Shown here: positions 57,803 through 64,000 of the stretch, in pieces
Layout: each line of letters begins with the position of its first letter
How positions within the stretch are numbered: position 1 is the stretch's first letter
IMG/VR virus record: IMGVR_UViG_3300030514_000006
DNA from: an uncultured virus (IMG/VR IMGVR_UViG_3300030514_000006)
Taxonomy: Duplodnaviria; Heunggongvirae; Uroviricota; Caudoviricetes; Herelleviridae
DNA length: 64,000 nt
Reading direction: 5' to 3' (one strand)
The notes under the pieces: model-generated
What the model saw: only the letters and a program-made list of their open reading frames with translations
Told to the model about the DNA's origin: nothing
Database searches by the model: none
Made by a program: the position numbers and the translations under genes

Positions 57803-59473
57803 ATGGAATATGGTGTGTATTTAGAGACATCTGTTGTCAACCTGAAGCCTAATGTATTAGCTTTTTTAACAAAAATGGTGGACAAAGCCAAAGAAGTAAA
57901 AGATTTTGCCATTGCTTTTAAGAAAAAAGAGTTAGCAGAGTTAGGCGGAAAAGACAGCAGAACAGTATCTCGTTATTTAAAAGTGTTAGAGGAAAAAGAA
58001 ATCATTCAAACAAAAGGTGTACGAGGACGAGCAGGTGGTACAGTGGTTATGTTTAACACTGACCTTATCCGATTCGACACTTCTGATAAAGCACTCATTA
58101 ACGAAGAAGGGGTGAGCATTGACGATATCGCAAAGCGTAAGCTCCCTAAGAAAGAAAAGGAACCTAAAAAGAGTTCACGAAACAGACGAACAAAACAACA
58201 GATGCTACAAGACAAGTTACTTCGTGGAGAAAAACAAGCCAAGCTAGATGAAATGCATAGTAAACTGCATGATCTTGGTGGTGTCCCGAACTGGGAATGG
58301 TTTAAAGAAACAGATAACCCCGTAGGAAACTACCGCACATATTTATTATCCCGTTTATACAATCGTTATGCAGTACTATTTACAGACAGACATAATGCAG
58401 AAGTAAACGTGTATGGGGAAGGCTCACCAATCAAGCCGTTAACAAATGACTACGATTGCCTTCCAGCGGATTTCTATTGTTCTTCTAGATGGGTACAATT
58501 TGAAAAATTCCGCTTATTCTGTGAAGAGCAGAAGATAGAACCTGCTACATACTTATCAGCACAGTTTAATCGCTCTATCTTTACAGCTAATGGGAAGTCA
58601 CAACAAAAAGCATTACCATTTATCAACGCACTTATGTCTGACGGAAGCTATGAAGCGTATAGACAATACTGTGATTACCAAAAACAAGTAAGTTATGCTT
58701 ATGCTGCTTATGGTGAAATTCCGATTAAGTTCGGAGATGATGTAGTCGTACGAGCACTTGTTGAAGCGTATGATACAGCAGATGCTGGAGTAGGTTTATT
58801 ACAGTACAAGCATGCAATCCAAGATTTCTTAACAGGAACTGGCTCAGGTGAAAAAGAAGTAGCATTAGTAAACTTCTACCGCATGACAGAAGACAACCTA
58901 TTAAACAAAAATGTTTCATTTAAGACACGCAACACAATTAAGAAATTCCTTTTGACACAGTCAATGATTCTTACAGGCGGTATCTCTTCACTACCGGGTT
59001 ACTACATCTTCGGTTCCGAGCATACTCAAGTTGTTTTAGGGTCAATCAAAAAGCTAGCTAATTCAGCTTACGAACAAACAACATTAGAGAAACGCGCATT
59101 AGGTTTACTCGCACTTCCTACAGCAGATGAAGATAAGCAAATGGAAGTAGGGGCTAGTTACCGCTACCAACTAGACGTGCTGGATGAAACACGCCAAGTG
59201 TTAAACCTAATCATGGACAGAAAAGGATTGTACATCTCTCTAGCAGATTTACAAGAAGCATTCAAGGAGTATGGAAAAGAAATGATTCCGCTTGATGACT
59301 ACTCGGTGCTAGATACAGATAAGATCGTTAAGTTCATTAACAGCCAAGATGAACAAGCTCAACCTGAAGAATACAATTACGATGAGATTGTAACAAAGCG
59401 TACGTACAAGGTTTACGGAGGAAATTCTGGAGCGGATTTAGAGAATACACTGCAGGACTTCATGAGGGCGTAA
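57803..59473 (+). CDS. HTH-containing Rep/replication-associated protein
   Basis: KKELAELGGKDSRTVSRYLKVLEEKEII..GRAGGT winged HTH; AGGAGGAG RBS before ATG 57803; lies between the two helicases as in Twort/K-like phages. Confidence 0.7.
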   Translation: MEYGVYLETSVVNLKPNVLAFLTKMVDKAKEVKDFAIAFKKKELAELGGKDSRTVSRYLKVLEEKEIIQTKGVRGRAGGTVVMFNTDLIRFDTSDKALINEEGVSIDDIAKRKLPKKEKEPKKSSRNRRTKQQMLQDKLLRGEKQAKLDEMHSKLHDLGGVPNWEWFKETDNPVGNYRTYLLSRLYNRYAVLFTDRHNAEVNVYGEGSPIKPLTNDYDCLPADFYCSSRWVQFEKFRLFCEEQKIEPATYLSAQFNRSIFTANGKSQQKALPFINALMSDGSYEAYRQYCDYQKQVSYAYAAYGEIPIKFGDDVVVRALVEAYDTADAGVGLLQYKHAIQDFLTGTGSGEKEVALVNFYRMTEDNLLNKNVSFKTRNTIKKFLLTQSMILTGGISSLPGYYIFGSEHTQVVLGSIKKLANSAYEQTTLEKRALGLLALPTADEDKQMEVGASYRYQLDVLDETRQVLNLIMDRKGLYISLADLQEAFKEYGKEMIPLDDYSVLDTDKIVKFINSQDEQAQPEEYNYDEIVTKRTYKVYGGNSGADLENTLQDFMRA

Positions 59474-59496
59474 CATATGATTATGTTACAGACCTC

Positions 59497-59525
59497 TTTA
59501 CAATCTTGGAAAGACATGCTATAAT
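59497..59525 (+). promoter_or_regulatory. SigA-type promoter
   Basis: TTTACA-17 nt-TATAAT with a TG extension. Confidence 0.75.
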
Positions 59526-59557
59526 AGCCACTGTACACAAGGAGGAGGAACAGAAAC

Positions 59558-61027
59558 ATGTCAGTAAATCCGTTACAGCAACAGATTTTAAGAAAAGCTA
59601 TAGAGTCCTCTATCTTCTCTAAAGAAATCCTTCCTAAGACTCCATCGTCCGTATTTGATGGTAATAAGGTATATGAGGAGCTAGCAGGAATCCTTAAACG
59701 GTATTATCAAACAAGCAACACAGTTATTACAGAAGAAGCTTTTTTAACTTTAACACAAGATAAACTAGATCGTATGAACAAGGACGCAGCTACGCAACAG
59801 GAATACTTTTCAGCAATCAGTGATCTTTACATAGTGCGTAACAGCGGTAATGACGATCTTATAGATGAAAAAATTGAGAAACATTTGAAGAAACACATGC
59901 AACTAGACTTATTGAAAAAAGCTGCAATGAACTTGGACAAGGATGAAGTCATGGAAAAGATGGCTGATGACTGGCGGGATATCATGATGCTAGATGTCAG
60001 TGGTAGGAATCAAGAGATTATCAATGTCCTAGACGATACTGAGTATAAGCGCAAAGCTTTATCTACTCTATATGAAAATACGATTCCAACAGGATTCCCG
60101 GCTGTAGATGCCTTGAACAGTGGAGGCTTAGCTAAAGGGGAGCTGGGAATTATCGTAGCCGCTTCTGGTACAGGTAAAACACTAGTACTGACGAACTTAG
60201 CCACTAACTATGTAAAGCTGAAGTACAATGTACTATTTATCGCACTTGAGGAATTAGAGAACAGAATGATTCTTAAGTTTGAGCAGTCGATGCTTCGTGT
60301 ATCTCGTAGTCAGATTCTGACAGGTGCCCGTTTGAACGAAGAGAACTTTAACATGTACCAAACAGTTTACAAGAAAAATAGAGACAAGTTGGGTAACCTA
60401 TTCTTTGCACGTTATTCTCCGAACACGATTACTCCTGCTAAAGTAGAGCAGCTTATCTCAGATGTAAAAATTAGACAAGGTATCGATATTGACGTTGTGT
60501 TAATTGACTACCCGGACTTACTTCGTAACCCAAAAGCTACAGGGAATGAAGCAGAAGATGGGGGCAGACTATTCGAAGAAATGCGAAGAATCGCACAAGA
60601 CTTTAGTGTAGTTATGTGGACAGCTTCTCAGATGAACCGTACAGCTTACAATGCTTTAATCAGAACTGCGGAGCACATGGAGGGGGCACACCGTAAGAAG
60701 AATGCGGCAGAACTTGTATTAGCAGTTAACCAGTTGCCCGAAGAGTATAACGCGGGATACATGCGACTATACGCGGATAAAGTCCGAAATCCACCTGAAG
60801 GACCTTATGATAGAATGATTGGTTTAAAGGTTGTGGGTAGTGCCCAGACTGTACGAGAGTATTCAAGTGAAGAAGAGAAGAGACAGCATATTGCTCTCCT
60901 AGAGGAAGCAGACAGTAGAGCGGAGCAATCATTCAAGGGAAAAAAGCGTGAAAAGAAAGGTGCTGCTCCTGATTACGGTGCAGAGATTAATAGCGCAATC
61001 AATAGAATGAGAGGAGAGGGTCAATAA
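59558..61027 (+). CDS. DnaB-like replicative helicase
   Basis: IPTGF..GGLAKGEL..AASGTGKT, IALEE, IDYPDLL, TASQMNR and KVRN. Confidence 0.92.
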   Translation: MSVNPLQQQILRKAIESSIFSKEILPKTPSSVFDGNKVYEELAGILKRYYQTSNTVITEEAFLTLTQDKLDRMNKDAATQQEYFSAISDLYIVRNSGNDDLIDEKIEKHLKKHMQLDLLKKAAMNLDKDEVMEKMADDWRDIMMLDVSGRNQEIINVLDDTEYKRKALSTLYENTIPTGFPAVDALNSGGLAKGELGIIVAASGTGKTLVLTNLATNYVKLKYNVLFIALEELENRMILKFEQSMLRVSRSQILTGARLNEENFNMYQTVYKKNRDKLGNLFFARYSPNTITPAKVEQLISDVKIRQGIDIDVVLIDYPDLLRNPKATGNEAEDGGRLFEEMRRIAQDFSVVMWTASQMNRTAYNALIRTAEHMEGAHRKKNAAELVLAVNQLPEEYNAGYMRLYADKVRNPPEGPYDRMIGLKVVGSAQTVREYSSEEEKRQHIALLEEADSRAEQSFKGKKREKKGAAPDYGAEINSAINRMRGEGQ

Positions 61028-61329
61028 TGGATAAAGATATTTTTGATCTTATTGAGAAAACTTATGGATACCCTAAACAAACTGAAGTACAGAAACATGT
61101 AGAGCGCTATGTACAAGACTTTTCAGAAAAGCATTTCCAAGAGCATGGTGAACTACCTGAGTACGTGGCTGTATCCCCGGAGGAGTACTCAGCCGCTCAA
61201 GACTTTGTAGATGAATTAACTATGCGTAAGCTTAACCCGGTACACCCTAACTTTAGCCATACTATTCTAGGGGTGCAGACTGCTAGAGGATTTGTAGAGA
61301 TAAGAGTAGAGGAGGAAAGCAATGACTAA
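61027..61329 (+). CDS. Hypothetical protein
   Basis: 100 aa, coupled to both neighbouring genes, GGAGAGG RBS. Confidence 0.7.
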   Translation: MDKDIFDLIEKTYGYPKQTEVQKHVERYVQDFSEKHFQEHGELPEYVAVSPEEYSAAQDFVDELTMRKLNPVHPNFSHTILGVQTARGFVEIRVEEESND

Positions 61330-62377
61330 ACTAGTTTCATTCACTGACTTCCATGCACATATATTCGAGGACTATGCTAACCCGGATGATGAATTTGTAA
61401 ATGACCGATTCCGGGCACAGATGGAAACATTACAAAAAGTATTTGATATAGCAAGAGAACACAACGCTCCTCTCTTATTCTGCGGGGACTTATTTCATAA
61501 ACGAGCTAAGTTAGATGACGTAGTGTTTACTGCTGTATTTGATATATTTGCAAGTAATGAAGATGTGCGAGTTTACATGATTCGAGGCAACCATGATTCC
61601 CGTACAAATGCTACAGTAACGCACCATTGGTTAAAACCGTTTAGCCATCTCAAGCATGTTACTGTGATTGATACACCTCGGAAGGTGTTCGTCCCCCATG
61701 ATGACGGAGACTTCTTTATTTATGGTATTCCCTACTCAGATGATACAGCTTATCTAAAGCAGAAGATTAACGAGTTTGCAGACTATGCCAGTACAGAAGA
61801 AGACCCGGGGGTGCTAGCTGCTCATGTTGGAGTAGACGGAAGTGAAACAGGTAAGTACAGTCACCGCTTAGAGGGAGCGTTCAAAATAGGGGATTTACGT
61901 CCAGACGTGTTTACCTATGTAGCCCTAGGTCATTACCATAAACGACAGTTCTTAGGCGGGTTGTACAATACTTTTTACATCGGGAACACAATTCAAACCA
62001 GTTTCTCAGATGAGGGGCAAGACAAAGGTGTAATGCTAATCGATCTTGAAAACATCGGAAGACCTGAGTTCATTCCTATTGAGAACAAAAAGTTTATTAC
62101 TGTCACAGAGATTACAGAAGACGTACAGCAGATTATCAACAACAACTATGTACGATTCATTCTACCAAAAGAACAGGCGCAAGAAGTAGAGATATTCAAA
62201 GAGTCTTCTGATAACATCCGTGTAGAAATACAGAGAGAGTATAAAACAGAGACACGTATTGCTATAGATCGTACTTCTTCTGAGGTAGAAGCTGTTGAAG
62301 CATACACGAAAGAGTTTTACCCTGAGTCAGCGGCAATAGCTGTAGACATTATTACAGAGGCGTTAAACAATAGATAA
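61322..62377 (+). CDS. SbcD/Mre11-like metallophosphoesterase nuclease
   Basis: DFH, GDLF, GNHD and LGHYH motifs. Confidence 0.92.
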   Translation: MTKLVSFTDFHAHIFEDYANPDDEFVNDRFRAQMETLQKVFDIAREHNAPLLFCGDLFHKRAKLDDVVFTAVFDIFASNEDVRVYMIRGNHDSRTNATVTHHWLKPFSHLKHVTVIDTPRKVFVPHDDGDFFIYGIPYSDDTAYLKQKINEFADYASTEEDPGVLAAHVGVDGSETGKYSHRLEGAFKIGDLRPDVFTYVALGHYHKRQFLGGLYNTFYIGNTIQTSFSDEGQDKGVMLIDLENIGRPEFIPIENKKFITVTEITEDVQQIINNNYVRFILPKEQAQEVEIFKESSDNIRVEIQREYKTETRIAIDRTSSEVEAVEAYTKEFYPESAAIAVDIITEALNNR

Positions 62378-62416
62378 ACCAGAGGGTTATTCTTTATAGG
62401 ATAGCCCTATTTGTTA

Positions 62417-62445
62417 TTGACAAATTATACAGTCTTTGCTATAAT
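62417..62445 (+). promoter_or_regulatory. Consensus SigA promoter
   Basis: TTGACA-17 nt-TATAAT with a TG extension. Confidence 0.85.
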
Positions 62446-62480
62446 CTAGTTACAGACATAAGTTTAAGGAGGATACAGTA

Positions 62481-64000
62481 ATGAAGATGGAATGGACAGA
62501 GCTAATAGCTGAAAACTTTCTCTCATTCGAAAGAGTGGTGTTGAAGCTAGGGAACAGAGGGATTGTTCTTGTAGAAGGTGATAACCTAACCAGTAACAAG
62601 TTTAAAAGTAACGGTTCAGGTAAGAGTTCTTTAATAGAACCAATGGTATACGCTATCTACGATACAACGTCTAAAGGAATTAAATCGGACGAGGTCATTA
62701 ATAATAAAGTAGGGAAGAACACAGCGGTTATCCTGAAGGGTAAGCAGGGTAAAGATGAATACCGTATTGAACGGTACCGAAAGCATAAGAAACATAAAAA
62801 CAAGGTGCTTCTATTTTTGAACGACAAAGAGATTACAGCTAAATCTACAGCAGACACAAATAAAATGATACAAGCTATTGTAGGAATCGATTACAATACA
62901 TTTGTAAACAGCATTATGTTTTCACAAGGTTCCGGTGCAGGTCGTTTTGCTATCGCAACAGATAAAGAAAAGAAAGAAATTTTAGAAAACCTTGTTAACT
63001 TACAGGTATACGCAGATGCACAAGACATTGCAAAAAATAGAGTAAGAGATAAGGTGGCAGAGATTGCTACTAAAGATCGTGAAGAAGAACGTCTTCAGTG
63101 GGAACTTTCTCAGGTGGACAACCTAGAACAACAAGACAGACAGCGATACGAAAGCACAAAAGCCTCTATCGAAAGAGAAGAACAGGAGTTTGAAAGAGTT
63201 AAAGAGGAAATGAACAATTATATCAATACGGCTGGGCAACAGATTCCTGACTTGATTAACCGCGCTGAGAAGCTTAAAGAAGACCGGGAGCTAATGAAGT
63301 CTAACGTAACTAACCCTCATGCACAAGCTGTAACTGAGGCAATGAACGCATTAAACGAAATAAGAAGTCAGCAGCGTCAGCTGGAGTATGAGAAGTCACA
63401 GCAGATTGAGGATTACAAAAAGTTAATGACCAATACGAACTGCCCTGTATGTGGCTCTGAACTTGATACTAGTCACAGAGACCAAGAGGTAGCTAGAATA
63501 AAAGGTAGCCTAAACCAGATTCTTAATAAGATGCAGCCCCTATCAGGTCAATTGAACCACTGGCAAGCCGTTCATGACGAAGCATATGCTAAGTACATGC
63601 AGGTAAAAGAAGAACAAGATAACATTGTAAACAACTACAGAGAGCTCTCCAATCAAATTGCTTTACTTGAAAGAGAGCAGCAAACATACAGCAACTACCT
63701 TAATAGCTACAAGGCAAAGTTAAATACAATTACCGTTACACTTTCTAAGCTCCGAGAAGTTCCTGAGCCAGCTCCTAGGGACGAAGAAAGGAAAGCTATC
63801 CAAGAGAAGATAAAAGCCGTGAGAGACGCTAAGCTGAGCTTACATAAGGAGAAGAACCAGCTTGAAGATACAGTTAAAGTATTTTCAAACTCAGGAGTAA
63901 AATCACACGTACTTGATCTTATTACTCCATTCCTAAATGAACGAGCTAATAAATATCTTGGGATGCTATCCGGGTCAGACATGGAACTAAGTTTCTCTAC
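62481..64000 (+). CDS. SbcC/Rad50-like ATPase, truncated by the window end (not in the ORF track)
   Basis: AAGGAGG RBS; ENFLSF, Walker A SNGSGKSS, Q-loop FSQG, coiled coil and CPVCG zinc hook. Confidence 0.92.
   Translation, partial: MKMEWTELIAENFLSFERVVLKLGNRGIVLVEGDNLTSNKFKSNGSGKSSLIEPMVYAIYDTTSKGIKSDEVINNKVGKNTAVILKGKQGKDEYRIERYRKHKKHKNKVLLFLNDKEITAKSTADTNKMIQAIVGIDYNTFVNSIMFSQGSGAGRFAIATDKEKKEILENLVNLQVYADAQDIAKNRVRDKVAEIATKDREEERLQWELSQVDNLEQQDRQRYESTKASIEREEQEFERVKEEMNNYINTAGQQIPDLINRAEKLKEDRELMKSNVTNPHAQAVTEAMNALNEIRSQQRQLEYEKSQQIEDYKKLMTNTNCPVCGSELDTSHRDQEVARIKGSLNQILNKMQPLSGQLNHWQAVHDEAYAKYMQVKEEQDNIVNNYRELSNQIALLEREQQTYSNYLNSYKAKLNTITVTLSKLREVPEPAPRDEERKAIQEKIKAVRDAKLSLHKEKNQLEDTVKVFSNSGVKSHVLDLITPFLNERANKYLGMLSGSDMELSFS

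Noticed and set aside
59485..59502. Second WalR-like box before the DnaB-like gene
   Set aside because: The spacer is 6 nt rather than 5, and TTTACA is explained as the -35 element of a SigA promoter.
1..64000. CRISPR array, integrase or transposase
   Set aside because: No regularly spaced repeat-spacer array and no recombinase or transposase motifs were seen by eye.

Overview
This window is part of a large lytic Bacillus-type myovirus genome (Herelleviridae, SPO1/Twort/Bastille-like; assigned from protein motifs and gene order, without a database search). All genes are on the + strand. In order it holds: the end of a tRNA cluster; the head module (portal, prohead protease with an apparent CTG start, scaffold-like protein, major capsid protein); neck genes; the tail sheath; a tail tube gene split by an ORF-less group I intron; an accessory island (free-standing endonuclease, beta-helix spike, YocH-like 3D-domain protein behind a perfect WalR box, HNH endonuclease, Rok-like protein); tail chaperones with a probable +1 frameshift; tape measure and baseplate genes; a large set of tailspike/depolymerase genes; an AT-rich palindromic candidate origin; and the start of the replication module (SF2 helicase, HNH, HTH/Rep, DnaB-like helicase, SbcD, SbcC running off the window). 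The most notable observations are: (1) a putative branched multi-receptor-binding apparatus of six beta-helix proteins plus an M14 peptidase, whose N-terminal modules are shared in pairs; (2) a phage-encoded homolog of the xenogeneic silencer Rok; (3) an intron next to a free-standing endonuclease, suggesting collaborative homing; (4) host WalR control of a phage cell-wall enzyme; (5) odd RNAs in the tRNA cluster, namely a CCA-ended non-tRNA hairpin and a tRNA-Cys built on a tRNA-Tyr-like body.
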